From positions 1-63,595 of the forward strand of contig JAGNGI010000005.1 of the NCBI GenBank assembly GCA_018002295.1: a stretch of 63,595 nucleotides of DNA, in the 5' to 3' direction. This DNA comes from Fidelibacterota bacterium (GTDB lineage Bacteria > Fidelibacterota > UBA2242). The position numbers were made by a program, and so were the translations under genes. Position 1 is the first letter of the stretch. Every line of letters starts with the position of its first letter. This document shows, in pieces, positions 10,321 through 20,790 of the stretch. The notes beneath the pieces were generated by a model. The model was not told where the DNA came from and ran no database searches. It worked only from the letters and a program-made list of their open reading frames with translations.

Positions 10321-11476
10321 TCTTAAGAGCCTCACAAACTTGATCAATTTGAGTTCTACTGAGATTTACTGAACAAGGAATATTTAAAGTTATATCTAAA
10401 AGTCGCGGTGCTTTCTCTATTCGATATGACTGGCAATTACGGTAAGGTTTTTGTAAATGATTTAAATACCAAATTGGACGAGTTTGAATCTTTTTGTTTG
10501 TGAGAAGTGCCATAAGGCTTTCTCGATCACGCCCATAAATCTTTTTGTCAATCTGTAAACAGTACATCCAATAATTCACCACCGCATAGTCAGGAACAGG
10601 TGCTAAATTTAATCCATCAATTTTATCAATCTGGTTTTTATATATCTGGTAATTTTCTTGTTTGATGTCTATGTATTCTTTGAGTTTTTCAAGCTGGGCT
10701 ACTCCCATTGCGGCTTGGATATTTGTTAAACGGTAATTATACCCAATTTCATTATGGATAAAACGCAATTCATCATCTTTAGCTTGTGTGGTAAGGTAAC
10801 GAGCTCTATTGGCGATTAATTTGTCATTCGTTATTATCATCCCTCCACCACCGGTGGTGATTATTTTATTGCCGTTAAATGAAAAACAGCCGATTGTCCC
10901 AACTGTTCCTGTGAAGCATCCTTTGAGATTTGTATCTGTATAGTAAGTTCCGATAGATTCCGCCGCGTCTTCGATGACAATGATATTCCTTTGATGGCAT
11001 AATTCAAGTAATTCGGCTAGATTGACGGCGTTACCGAAAACATGCACTGGTACTAATGCGGCTATTCGTTTGCCAGTTATTGAGTTATAAGTATAACCAT
11101 TTTTAAACTTCGTCTGTGATTTAATAAATTCGATTGTCTTTTCTACGTCCAGGCAATAATAATCATCGCAATCCATAAATATTGGTTCGGCGCGACAATA
11201 ACGGACAACGTTTATTGAAGCTATAAAAGTTAATGTTGGGACGATAACCTCATCATTCTCAGTTACGCCAGCCAATTTGAGAGCTATTTCAAGCGCTGCA
11301 GTTCCGTTAACACACGCGATAGCATATTTACTTCCACATAATGAGCAAACATTCTCTTCAAATTTATTAACGTATTTACCGACAGAAGATACCCATTCTG
11401 TATCTAAACATTCCTTGATGTATTTCCATTCATTCCCGCGAATGGAAGGTACAGATAAAGGGATAAATTCAGACAT
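10307..11476 (-). CDS. legC: LegC-type PLP-dependent sugar aminotransferase (DegT family)
   Basis: FIPLSVPSIRGNEWKYIKECLDTEWVSSVG, EDAAESIG, FSFNGNKIITTGGGGM (PLP Lys), GYNYRLTNIQAA. Confidence 0.82.
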   Translation of the reverse strand: MSEFIPLSVPSIRGNEWKYIKECLDTEWVSSVGKYVNKFEENVCSLCGSKYAIACVNGTAALEIALKLAGVTENDEVIVPTLTFIASINVVRYCRAEPIFMDCDDYYCLDVEKTIEFIKSQTKFKNGYTYNSITGKRIAALVPVHVFGNAVNLAELLELCHQRNIIVIEDAAESIGTYYTDTNLKGCFTGTVGTIGCFSFNGNKIITTGGGGMIITNDKLIANRARYLTTQAKDDELRFIHNEIGYNYRLTNIQAAMGVAQLEKLKEYIDIKQENYQIYKNQIDKIDGLNLAPVPDYAVVNYWMYCLQIDKKIYGRDRESLMALLTNKKIQTRPIWYLNHLQKPYRNCQSYRIEKAPRLLDITLNIPCSVNLSRTQIDQVCEALKNGRK

Positions 11477-12440
11477 TATAGATTCCAGCCTTATAAAATG
11501 AAAGATTTTCTTTAATCCAATTTATTGTCTCAGTTAATCCTTGAATGAGCTCATATCGAGGACGCCAGGGAGTCTTGGTAGTAATTTTTGTATTATCACA
11601 CCGTAAATGTTCTACTTCGCTATCTTCCGGTCGAATTCGTTGTTCTTCGAGATTTATAGGTTTTGATAAATTCATAATTTCCATAATTGATTTGGCTAAA
11701 TCACCAATACTAATTTCTTGGTTCATACCAATATTGGTTACTTCGCCAAAAAGTTCTTGGCTCTCGAATATTTTAATAAATCCTGCAACAGTATCTTTGA
11801 CATAAGTTAGATCACGTGTAGGTGATAGATTCCCTAATTTCAGAGTCTGACATTCGGATAGGATTTGAGTAACGATGGTTGGAATAACTGCACGTGCAGA
11901 TTGACGGGGGCCGTAAGTATTAAATGGACGAACAATTTTAACCGGTAGGCCAAACGAACGGTAATAGCTAATTGCCAGTTGATCTGCTGCGATTTTTGTT
12001 GCTGAATAAGGTGATTGCCCAACTAATGGGTGCTTTTCGTCAATTGGAATGTATTGGGCAGTGCCATAAGTTTCACTCGTGGAAGTCATTAGAATTTGTT
12101 CAACTCCAGATTCTTTAGTTGATTGCAGAATATTATAGGCACCTTCCACGTTGGTTTTGATATAAGCAAGTGGAGAAATATATGAATAAGGAATCCCAAT
12201 CAGCGCAGCCAAATGAAAAACAACCTTACAACCTTTCACTGCGTTATAAACAGAATCATAATCCCGAATATCACCAGTTATGACCTCAATATCTCTTTTT
12301 ATGGGCAATGTATCTAACCAGCCCCAACGGTTATTAGAATTATAGCGCACAAATGCTCGGACTTCAAACCCCGAAGCAGCTAAATATTCAGTCAGATGCG
12401 AACCAATAAATCCACCTGCTCCTGTTACTAATACTTTCAA
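11469..12440 (-). CDS. legB: LegB-type NAD-dependent nucleotide-sugar 4,6-dehydratase
   Basis: VTGAGGFIGSHL, FVRYNSNNRWGWLD, HLAALIGIPYSY, TSTSETYG, SPYSATK, RPFNTYGPRQSARAVIPT. Confidence 0.82.
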   Translation of the reverse strand: MKVLVTGAGGFIGSHLTEYLAASGFEVRAFVRYNSNNRWGWLDTLPIKRDIEVITGDIRDYDSVYNAVKGCKVVFHLAALIGIPYSYISPLAYIKTNVEGAYNILQSTKESGVEQILMTSTSETYGTAQYIPIDEKHPLVGQSPYSATKIAADQLAISYYRSFGLPVKIVRPFNTYGPRQSARAVIPTIVTQILSECQTLKLGNLSPTRDLTYVKDTVAGFIKIFESQELFGEVTNIGMNQEISIGDLAKSIMEIMNLSKPINLEEQRIRPEDSEVEHLRCDNTKITTKTPWRPRYELIQGLTETINWIKENLSFYKAGIYNV

Positions 12441-12517
12441 TACTACCTCAAATAAATCTTCTTATATTTTTTCCTATGATTAATAACAAAATAAATCTTC
12501 TATTAGTAATCATAAAT

Positions 12518-13681
12518 TTAGGATAATATTTCTTGATAGGAATGAAATAAATTTGCTTTGTTTTTTATTAAAAAATCTTCTATGCGATTGATATAATTCT
12601 GATTTATTTCTGCATGAGTTGGTAGGTTTACGATATGCCTCGCAATTTTTTCTGCTATTGGACAAGCGCCCCATTGGTAATTAAAAATTTCCAAGTTGTC
12701 CAAAATTGGGTGGATAGGCGAAAGAAACCAATCCCCTAGCTCAATCTTCATTTTCTCAGCTTGATGGAAAAAAGCCGGTCGGTCTTTTACTAACAATGGA
12801 AACTTGAGAAAAGTATGAATAGCATATTCCGGTTCAAAAGGTGGCTCAATATTCATACTTTTTAAAATATCTATATAATTCTGAGCAACTTTCCTGCGAT
12901 GTTGAAGTATTGCTGTAAAATTAGACAATTCCCTTTCACCACGTCGGATTTGCGTTTTCGAAATCCCTTTTTCAAATCCATCTGGCATCTGAGGAAAACC
13001 TAATTCTTCTCTTTGTGAAGATCCCAAAATTAAATTATTTTTACTCAGCCAGCGGTAAATTTTAATTGCTGGCCAATAGAGGTTAGTGCTGAGATTATCT
13101 CGAATAAAGAGGAGAACTTTCAAAGTAATTTCGTCTTTGAAGGAAGGTCGTGTATAATTAATTTCCATTTCCCTTAATTTTCTAGCAATTAAAGGATTAC
13201 GGGATACCGCAAAACCACCAATTCCGGTTGAAAAAGGTTTGTTCCATTGAGTACTGAAAAAAGAAACATCAGCAACTGTTCCATTAGGTTTACCCTTATA
13301 ATAACCGCCAAAACCATGGGCACAATCTTCAATAACGGAGAGGTTGTATTTACGAGCAATTTCAAAAATTGCATCAAGGTCAGGGGCCAAACCATAGGTA
13401 TTTTGGGCTAATATGGCTTTAGTTCGAGGCGTTATTTTACTTTCTATGGCGGATACATCAATTGTATATGTCAATGGATTAATTTCTACATAAACAGGTA
13501 TAGCACCTAAATACATTATGGGATTGACCACTACAATGCAAGTATATCCCGGTAGAATAATCTCATCGCCAGACTCAATGCCAATTGCTTTTAGTATCGC
13601 ATATAGAGCCACACGACCTTTCCAGAAAAAGGTAACTTGACTGGGTTCAACACCTAAAAATTCGGCTATAATTTCACGCAT
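12518..13681 (-). CDS. DegT/DnrJ/EryC1/StrS-family aminotransferase
   Basis: KGRVALYAILKA, LPGYTCIVV, IEDCAHG, SFFSTQWNKP (PLP Lys), VNLPTH. Confidence 0.82.
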   Translation of the reverse strand: MREIIAEFLGVEPSQVTFFWKGRVALYAILKAIGIESGDEIILPGYTCIVVVNPIMYLGAIPVYVEINPLTYTIDVSAIESKITPRTKAILAQNTYGLAPDLDAIFEIARKYNLSVIEDCAHGFGGYYKGKPNGTVADVSFFSTQWNKPFSTGIGGFAVSRNPLIARKLREMEINYTRPSFKDEITLKVLLFIRDNLSTNLYWPAIKIYRWLSKNNLILGSSQREELGFPQMPDGFEKGISKTQIRRGERELSNFTAILQHRRKVAQNYIDILKSMNIEPPFEPEYAIHTFLKFPLLVKDRPAFFHQAEKMKIELGDWFLSPIHPILDNLEIFNYQWGACPIAEKIARHIVNLPTHAEINQNYINRIEDFLIKNKANLFHSYQEILS

Positions 13682-13706
13682 TATTTACTTCTAATTCTAT
13701 TCAATT

Positions 13707-14732
13707 TTAAGAACGTGTTAATTGACTAAACTTAGCTATATTCAACTTTTTAAAAACAATAAAATCTAATAATCCACGTAAAAATCCATAACCATAACCT
13801 AAATGAAAAGCTGCTAATACAAATGGTATAATTGGGATATATTTCCAATTCTGTGGCTTTTTACATATGCTTAAAGTTGCAATTAAATTAAATATCAAGT
13901 AAGTGCCAATCATTAAAATAAAAAATAATCTGCTAATTTTAAATTTAATTCCAAGTAATAAACTAATAGTTAAAAATACTAAAAAAGTTCCTGGTATGAT
14001 ATGTCTGATAGAAGCCGGTATTTTATGCTTCTGAATCACTCTTACTTTCCAGTAGCCATATTGCATATATTGTTTAAATAGAGATCTAATAGATGATCTT
14101 GGATAATACCAGGATTTTATACTTGAGGATTGCCAGATTTTGCCACCAGACCGAATAATACGGAGATTTAGTTCATCATCTTGATTACGAACAAGTTCTT
14201 CATCAAATAGTCCAATTTTTTCCAATGTTGACTTTTTCCAACAGCCAAGATAAACCGAATCAATATATCCGGTATATTTATGATTATGTGAACCTGCCCC
14301 TCCTGAAGAAAACTTAGATTGAAATGCTTTGGCAATAGCCTTTTGGACATAGGATTCTCCGGATGCAACCCAAGGCCCTCCCACATTGTCTGCACCAGTT
14401 TGGTTTAAAATTTTAATACACTGGGTTACATAATCCTCGGCGTATTTTGTATGTACATCCATTCTGATTATTATATCACCTGTAGCTGCTTTGATGCCGA
14501 GATTTAATGCTGAAGGTACGATCTTTTTAGGATTGTCTAATAATTTGATGAAATTATATTTATCTATATAATTTTTAATAATAAATCTTGTTCTATCCGT
14601 GCTCATACCATCAATAATTAATACTTCTATTAAATTTTTGGGATAATCCTGATTAATAATTGAATTAAGACAACTAGCTATATTTTTTTCTTCATTTCTA
14701 CAAGGGACTAAAATCGTAACTTTATTACTCAT
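13707..14732 (-). CDS. Glycosyltransferase family 2 with C-terminal TM helices
   Basis: VPCRNEEKNI, DGMSTDRT, RMDVH (DxH), FDEELVRNQDDELN. Confidence 0.88.
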   Translation of the reverse strand: MSNKVTILVPCRNEEKNIASCLNSIINQDYPKNLIEVLIIDGMSTDRTRFIIKNYIDKYNFIKLLDNPKKIVPSALNLGIKAATGDIIIRMDVHTKYAEDYVTQCIKILNQTGADNVGGPWVASGESYVQKAIAKAFQSKFSSGGAGSHNHKYTGYIDSVYLGCWKKSTLEKIGLFDEELVRNQDDELNLRIIRSGGKIWQSSSIKSWYYPRSSIRSLFKQYMQYGYWKVRVIQKHKIPASIRHIIPGTFLVFLTISLLLGIKFKISRLFFILMIGTYLIFNLIATLSICKKPQNWKYIPIIPFVLAAFHLGYGYGFLRGLLDFIVFKKLNIAKFSQLTRS

Positions 14733-14995
14733 GTTTTATTCAATAATATAGAAAATAATTGCCAAAAAGAGTCTATCATAAATATCGAAAACCATCCAAT
14801 GCTAAGGTATTTTTTAATTTAATTTCCTACTTAAGAATACATTCGATTCTTGTAATAATTTCTGATCCCCATTTAAAATAAAGCGCCAAACACAGGTCAG
14901 GAATTAACAATTCCTTGTAAAAATACCAATCAGCGCTATTATTGATATAGAGTTCAATATTGTTTTGCTTTAAAAACTGACTACCAATCATTTGA

Positions 14996-16093
14996 TCACC
15001 CTCTATTTTCTTCAATTATCTGGTATAGGTATTTTTCCATTAATTTTAAATTTTCTTGCCAATCATAATTTTTCGATACAAATTTACGCCCTTCTAGTCC
15101 AATTTTTTTTCTTAATTCTTTATCAATAACGAGATGATACATTTTTTCAGATAAATCTTGTTCATTACCAGGTTTTACCAAATAGCCAGTTTTACCATCG
15201 ATAACAACTTCAGGCAAGCCTCCAATATTGGAGGCAATCACCGGCACTTCACAGGCAGAAGCTTCAATCGCGGCTACTCCAAAACTTTCAGACATGCTGG
15301 GAAAACAAGCAATATCGAACTGATTTAAATAATAAGGCACATCGGTATTTTTCACACGTCCTATTATAGACACCTGTTTATCTAAACCGAGTTGGGTTAC
15401 AAGGGATTGCACCACGTATTTTTGCGGTCCGTCGCCAATAATAACTAATCGCAGACGGTCAGCAATTTCTGTTCGGCCTTCTAACTTTAGTCGTTCAAGT
15501 AATAACTTGAAAGCTTTTATTAGGCACGTTTGACCATACTTCTCATCAATAGTTTTAATAATTCCAATAGTAATATTTTGAGAATCTTGTTTTCTATTTG
15601 GCTTGAATATATCAAGATCGACACCAAATGGAGTAACAAATATTTCGTAAGGTGATTGATACAGCTTTAGTACTTGTTCACGCATGATTTTACTGGTTGA
15701 GGCAATTCTCGTAGCCGCCTGCAAATTTCTCCGCACAATATTATACATTATCCTGTTTTGATATGGTACATCAAAAACATCCGAACCCCAGACGGAAAGC
15801 AAAGTCGGTCGAAAATTTATTAATCTGGATAATGTTCCGTAACCACTGGCATAATGTGTATTAAGTATATCGGGTTGGATTTGGTTTATCAGTTTCCGTG
15901 TCCAAAGCCAATTTAGATAATACCCAGCTGATGGTCGGAAAGGGAGGACAAACAAGCTCACTTTTGGATTGATTTCATCTATTCCGGGTTTATCTGCACT
16001 AAGAAGATAAACTTCATGATCAATTCCACTTAAACCATTAGCCCATTTGACTATATGGATATTCGACGCATTTCCGATTATACAAATTCGCAA
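14996..16093 (-). CDS. Glycosyltransferase family 4 (GT-B)
   Basis: THYASGYG, LSVWGSDVF, ESFGVAAIEASAC (Ex7E), SNIGGLPEVV. Confidence 0.9.
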   Translation of the reverse strand: MRICIIGNASNIHIVKWANGLSGIDHEVYLLSADKPGIDEINPKVSLFVLPFRPSAGYYLNWLWTRKLINQIQPDILNTHYASGYGTLSRLINFRPTLLSVWGSDVFDVPYQNRIMYNIVRRNLQAATRIASTSKIMREQVLKLYQSPYEIFVTPFGVDLDIFKPNRKQDSQNITIGIIKTIDEKYGQTCLIKAFKLLLERLKLEGRTEIADRLRLVIIGDGPQKYVVQSLVTQLGLDKQVSIIGRVKNTDVPYYLNQFDIACFPSMSESFGVAAIEASACEVPVIASNIGGLPEVVIDGKTGYLVKPGNEQDLSEKMYHLVIDKELRKKIGLEGRKFVSKNYDWQENLKLMEKYLYQIIEENRG

Positions 16094-16102
16094 GATCTTA
16101 TC

Positions 16103-17419
16103 CTAAAAGTGCTCTGAAACAAAGTAATTATTAGTATTGTTATTTTGCCAACTTCTATTTTCTAATTTTAAATAATTTAATACCCGGAATATAGTTATCA
16201 TTATTAGATAGATGAAAATGAACTCATATAAAGATAGAAGTGTTAAATACTGAACAAAAAATGTCAGGGTTGCTAAAGTCATACAAAAGATATTTATAAA
16301 GGTCAAATAAATATTAGGTTGCCTTCTGTTTTGAAAAAATACCCAATAATAAATAACTGAAAGTAAGACTGTCATAAACAAGGTAAACATCCAACCTCCA
16401 ATGAGGTAAAACACACCATAAGCAGTTCCAGTATTAGAAAAAGTAATATTAGAAATCGGTAAAAAACCAATGCTAACATCTTGCCCGGGATCAGACCTCA
16501 AAGGATTACCAATGATAACATTTTTTATATTATAAAAAACGCTCAACATCGTCGAATCCGGTTTAATAGCAGGATAATTGAGCCACTCATCTAAATTAAT
16601 TGGAGAAGAAGTGATATAAAGCATAGTATGTTCGAGAAGAAATTTCCAAACTCCTTCTGAAGTAAATGAAAATGTTTTCCAGGCAATTGTCAATAAAACC
16701 CAAAATAAGTTCATAATAAATAAAACTATTATTCCTGTCCATAAAAGAGCTTTCCATTGTTTCGACGGTGGTATTTCATTTATTTTATAAATAAATAACA
16801 TAATTACAACCCATAATAGATGGTATTTAACCTGCATTGCGGCTAGTGCAATAAACAATCCTACTAATGTTAAGAATGACAGTACTTTCCTTTTCGAGAA
16901 CCGGAAAAAGATCCCAAGTAAAATAAAACATACTTTGGCCACCTCGCCCATATGAGCTGCAAATCCATGCGTCATCTTATCTTCAAATCGTGGATCGCCT
17001 AAAAAAGCGAAACCACCGAACTGATTAAATAAACTAATTACTTTTTTTAAAATTACTCCAATCACAATCCATGAGATAATTATTACCAGCCATTCATAAT
17101 CAGAATATTCCATAATTAGGTTATCTAAACGACCACTATTTTGATTTATCGTTTTCTCTGTTTTATAAAAATGAGAAAATAACTGGCCTATAATCCATAA
17201 TATCATTAGGTTGCATAGGACAAAAAGCTGAGCTCGCATGGTAAATGGTTTAAATCCAATATAAATTAAAATATAATTAACTAGTACACTAATTATTGCA
17301 AAAGGCCAGGCAGTTACAATAAAAGGTGTAACAAGAGTATTTAACCGCCTTTTCTCAAAAGTAGTTAGGGCAAAGACTATTGAAAAAAAGGTTAGACTCG
17401 TAATCTGATCTAAGTTCAA
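16103..17419 (-). CDS. wzy: Putative polysaccharide polymerase (Wzy-like)
   Basis: About 10-11 hydrophobic segments with a large loop (NTGTAYG), AT-rich, located between GT genes and next to the flippase. Confidence 0.65.
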   Translation of the reverse strand: MNLDQITSLTFFSIVFALTTFEKRRLNTLVTPFIVTAWPFAIISVLVNYILIYIGFKPFTMRAQLFVLCNLMILWIIGQLFSHFYKTEKTINQNSGRLDNLIMEYSDYEWLVIIISWIVIGVILKKVISLFNQFGGFAFLGDPRFEDKMTHGFAAHMGEVAKVCFILLGIFFRFSKRKVLSFLTLVGLFIALAAMQVKYHLLWVVIMLFIYKINEIPPSKQWKALLWTGIIVLFIMNLFWVLLTIAWKTFSFTSEGVWKFLLEHTMLYITSSPINLDEWLNYPAIKPDSTMLSVFYNIKNVIIGNPLRSDPGQDVSIGFLPISNITFSNTGTAYGVFYLIGGWMFTLFMTVLLSVIYYWVFFQNRRQPNIYLTFINIFCMTLATLTFFVQYLTLLSLYEFIFIYLIMITIFRVLNYLKLENRSWQNNNTNNYFVSEHF

Positions 17420-17422
17420 TTT

Positions 17423-18481
17423 TTATTCCTGATCAATAATAGATTGAACTACATTTTTGTCTACCTTTGTAAGGGGAGCACTGATTTTTCTGGCTGAATA
17501 TATCGTATCCCAGGCTTCCTTAAATGATACTCGATATTGAAGTATTAAAAGAAGGAAAAAATAACTTAACGCAGGTCCAAGCCATAACCGCCATTTTACT
17601 GGCGATAAATATTTTTTCATATTAACTATCCTGTTAACTGCAAAAAGTAATACTTTTTTACTGGCTTTTTGATTTAAATATTCATCCGATGAAATACCGA
17701 TTTTATGATAGACTTTTGTATTGTTAATACAGGCCTTATTTATATTCAATTTTTTAAGCTTCATACTAAACTCAAAATCTTCTTCGCCGTAAAAAAAATC
17801 TTCTGATAAAGCGCCGTACTTATCAATAATTTCACACCTAATACAAAGAGCGCAACCATTGAGAAAAGCGACTTCTCGTACGTTCGAATTACTAAGTTTC
17901 TTATAATATTTTGTTTGTCCCCATGGCCAGATCATTCCACCAGCATTAGCGATCTTATTCGGTTGATAATAAGAGTAGATAGTTGCCTGTGATGCTCCAA
18001 TCGAAAAATCGGATTGCATTATGGAAATAATTTCATTAATTGTATGAGGCTCGATTACCGTATCATTATTTAAAAGAAAAACATATTGACTTTGATATAT
18101 TTTCAAAGCCAAATCTATAGCGATATTGTTAGCAATTGCAAATCCATAGTTCTCATCATTTACTAAAAATAAGACCTTAGGTTTTTTATCTTTTAAAGGT
18201 GTAATTTTCAATTTTCGATTATGTATATCAACAGCTATTAAATCAATCGGTTTTTTTTCAAGGGGGAAAACTAAATCCGGAAAATTAGTGTTGATTACAT
18301 CTTCCAGCCCAATTTTAGCCCATGTTTGAATTTTTGATACTGAGTTATTATCCGAGCCATTATCAACCAGAATAATATTGAAGTTCGGATAATCCGATTT
18401 CAATACCGACTCCAGGCACTCAATCGTATCAGCCCATTTATTCCAGTTCAAGATTATGATAGATACGTGCGGATAACTCAT
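17423..18481 (-). CDS. Glycosyltransferase family 2 (WbbL-like)
   Basis: IILNWNKWADTIECLES, DNGS, NYGFAIANN, LLNNDT, FFYGEEDFEFS. Start ATG at 18481 overlaps the wzx stop (ATGA). Confidence 0.85.
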   Translation of the reverse strand: MSYPHVSIIILNWNKWADTIECLESVLKSDYPNFNIILVDNGSDNNSVSKIQTWAKIGLEDVINTNFPDLVFPLEKKPIDLIAVDIHNRKLKITPLKDKKPKVLFLVNDENYGFAIANNIAIDLALKIYQSQYVFLLNNDTVIEPHTINEIISIMQSDFSIGASQATIYSYYQPNKIANAGGMIWPWGQTKYYKKLSNSNVREVAFLNGCALCIRCEIIDKYGALSEDFFYGEEDFEFSMKLKKLNINKACINNTKVYHKIGISSDEYLNQKASKKVLLFAVNRIVNMKKYLSPVKWRLWLGPALSYFFLLLILQYRVSFKEAWDTIYSARKISAPLTKVDKNVVQSIIDQE

Positions 18482-19785
18482 AATTCTAAGGGATTTGTTG
18501 ACCATTTATATTTATTATGTTGAATATGGTAAACCAAAAGCATAAATAGAATAAATTCGGAAAGCAATAGAGCAGTTGCAGCACCAATTTCGCTGATTAA
18601 ATGACAAAGAATTGCGCAAATTATAGTATTCAATATTCCCACAATCATCACGCTCTTTAAAAATTCTTTCTTCATATCGTAGTTTGTCATAAAAATTATT
18701 CCAATACAATAATTCAAACCCCCGAATAAAATTACAAAAGAGGCGATTCTAATCACTCGTACCATTGCCAGATTAACTGACCCATTTAAAAGATAAGCAA
18801 TTTTCCCTGCAAAGATAAATAGTAATATTGAGATAATACATCCAATAAAACCCATAATCGTAATCATTCTACTGATATATCTTATGGATTTTTCCGGTTC
18901 TTCAATTTTCTTTCGGGAGATAAAAGGATACAAGGTTTGAGTAAGAGGTGATAAGGTACTTTGGATTGCTTTGACTATCTTTTCACCGGCACTGTATATT
19001 CCCACGCTTATATCTGATGAAAAGATTCCCAGAATAATAACATTAGTATTGCGATATAAATTCATAGCAATATTTGAGAGAAAAATGTGCCAACCTTCTT
19101 TTAAATATCTCTTCAAAATATCCTTATTCGGTTTGAGAAAACGGATGATGAATTTTTTCCTTAAAATGATAATGCTAACAATCCCCGCCAGAAAGGTAGT
19201 CGCCGAATTAAATATCGGCACTAAAACAAAATCGTTTTCATTTTTAATAAAAATGATAATTAAGAGTATATATAATAATTTTGATATAGAAATAATTACG
19301 TTGACATATTTGACTTTTTCCACTCCAATGTAAAACCAGGTAAATAAAAATATATTCGCTAAGATATAGCCGTAGGAAAATAGATAAATGGATCTATAAT
19401 CGTGTATTTTAGGAATCAAAAAACATAATATCCCTAATAGTATAAAACAAATACTGAATAGTATAATTTGAATTATTAAAACATTCGATACTATTTCTGA
19501 TTGTTTCCTACTATTATTCTGACTCTGGGCAATCATCTGGATTCCCGTTATCCCAAATCCATACTCTACGACTATTTGAAAATAATAGACGAGAGCCATT
19601 GCAAAGCTGATGATACCAAATTTTGCTACTCCAATATACCTCAAGAGATACGGAACAGTAATTAAAGGTGCTAAATAAATAATAACCTGATATATGCCAA
19701 ATTGAGCAAAATTAGCAAATAAACTTTTACCTTCTTTATTAGAGAAAAATCCCTTTAACTCATTTAGGGTGGGGAATTGGTTCAT
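18478..19785 (-). CDS. wzx: Polysaccharide flippase Wzx
   Basis: About 12 TM; LITVPYLLRYIGVAKFG, IVEYGFGITG, VGIYSAGEKI motifs. Confidence 0.88.
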   Translation of the reverse strand: MNQFPTLNELKGFFSNKEGKSLFANFAQFGIYQVIIYLAPLITVPYLLRYIGVAKFGIISFAMALVYYFQIVVEYGFGITGIQMIAQSQNNSRKQSEIVSNVLIIQIILFSICFILLGILCFLIPKIHDYRSIYLFSYGYILANIFLFTWFYIGVEKVKYVNVIISISKLLYILLIIIFIKNENDFVLVPIFNSATTFLAGIVSIIILRKKFIIRFLKPNKDILKRYLKEGWHIFLSNIAMNLYRNTNVIILGIFSSDISVGIYSAGEKIVKAIQSTLSPLTQTLYPFISRKKIEEPEKSIRYISRMITIMGFIGCIISILLFIFAGKIAYLLNGSVNLAMVRVIRIASFVILFGGLNYCIGIIFMTNYDMKKEFLKSVMIVGILNTIICAILCHLISEIGAATALLLSEFILFMLLVYHIQHNKYKWSTNPLEL

Positions 19786-20752
19786 CAGGCTTGAGTTCTT
19801 TGCGAAAATTATTAATAATTAAAATGAGAGCATTTACACATATTTGTAAAATTAGAAAGAGCCCTCCCAGACTGATCATAGTTAGTAATCTTTTAGGTCT
19901 ACTCTTCAAATAAGGTGCTTGGGCTATATCAAGGACTTTAACTTCTGCCAGGCTTGGGATTGACTTTAATGTATAAATTTCTTTTTGCTGTTTAAGTTCG
20001 ATCCAGATAGTAGAATACAATTCCAGATCCCTTTTTAATGCCAATTCTTTGATCTGGTTAGCCGGCTCAGCAATTGATTTTACCTGCTCTAAAAATGTTT
20101 GTAAATTTTTTTCTGCAATTTTGATACTGTCTTGGGTATTTTTGATGTGATCTTCAATGTATAATAATTGTTGACGATTTTCATGCTGGATTTGGGTTAC
20201 GACAATTTCATTTAATAGTTCTACCATCCTATTGGCTACATTAGCCGCATAAAAAGGATCGGTGAGTGTCACCGATAACTTAGTAACATTACTTTCATTA
20301 TTGATATTTACATAAATAACATCTTTGAGTAATTTTTTCAATGCCTTGTCAATTTTTTCTCTTTCATTTTTGGCTTTGATGTCAAGCATATCAATTAACT
20401 TTTTTCGATAAATTGTACCGCTGGAATCAACTCCTTCAAATTCTTCAAATAGGATTGTATCTAAAACTTTTCTTGAGGTAAGGATTTCTTTATACATCTC
20501 AGGACTCTGGAGTGTACTTTGAGGTAAATTTATTCCAGCTAAATTTGCCAAAGCACCCATCGAGCTGCCTATACCTGATGATAAATCCTGGCTGGGAGGT
20601 AAAATTGACACTGTAGCGGTATATTTTTTCTTCATTCCAAAAAATACGATTACAAAAACTAGGATAGCTCCAAGTAGTAAAATTAATAGGTTTGTGACGC
20701 GATGTTTAAAAATAAAATAGAGAAGCGGATGTTCTTTTTTTATAGGTGCCAC
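19760..20752 (-). CDS. wzz: Chain-length determinant Wzz-like polysaccharide co-polymerase
   Basis: Two terminal TM helices, YTATVSILPP, coiled-coil periplasmic region, proline-rich VLDIAQAPYLKSRPKR before TM2; no kinase domain. Confidence 0.75.
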   Translation of the reverse strand: MAPIKKEHPLLYFIFKHRVTNLLILLLGAILVFVIVFFGMKKKYTATVSILPPSQDLSSGIGSSMGALANLAGINLPQSTLQSPEMYKEILTSRKVLDTILFEEFEGVDSSGTIYRKKLIDMLDIKAKNEREKIDKALKKLLKDVIYVNINNESNVTKLSVTLTDPFYAANVANRMVELLNEIVVTQIQHENRQQLLYIEDHIKNTQDSIKIAEKNLQTFLEQVKSIAEPANQIKELALKRDLELYSTIWIELKQQKEIYTLKSIPSLAEVKVLDIAQAPYLKSRPKRLLTMISLGGLFLILQICVNALILIINNFRKELKPDEPIPHPK

Positions 20753-20790
20753 GTAATTCTCCTGTTATTTATGAAAATTTTAAATTTCAT

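Noticed and set aside
12449-12502. Short direct repeat AAATAAATCTTCT (two copies) upstream of legB
   Set aside because: Low-complexity AT-rich spacer; insufficient evidence for a binding site or target-site duplication.
14827-15015. 62-aa minus ORF between two GT genes
   Set aside because: Overlaps the GT4 end, with no RBS or recognisable motif.
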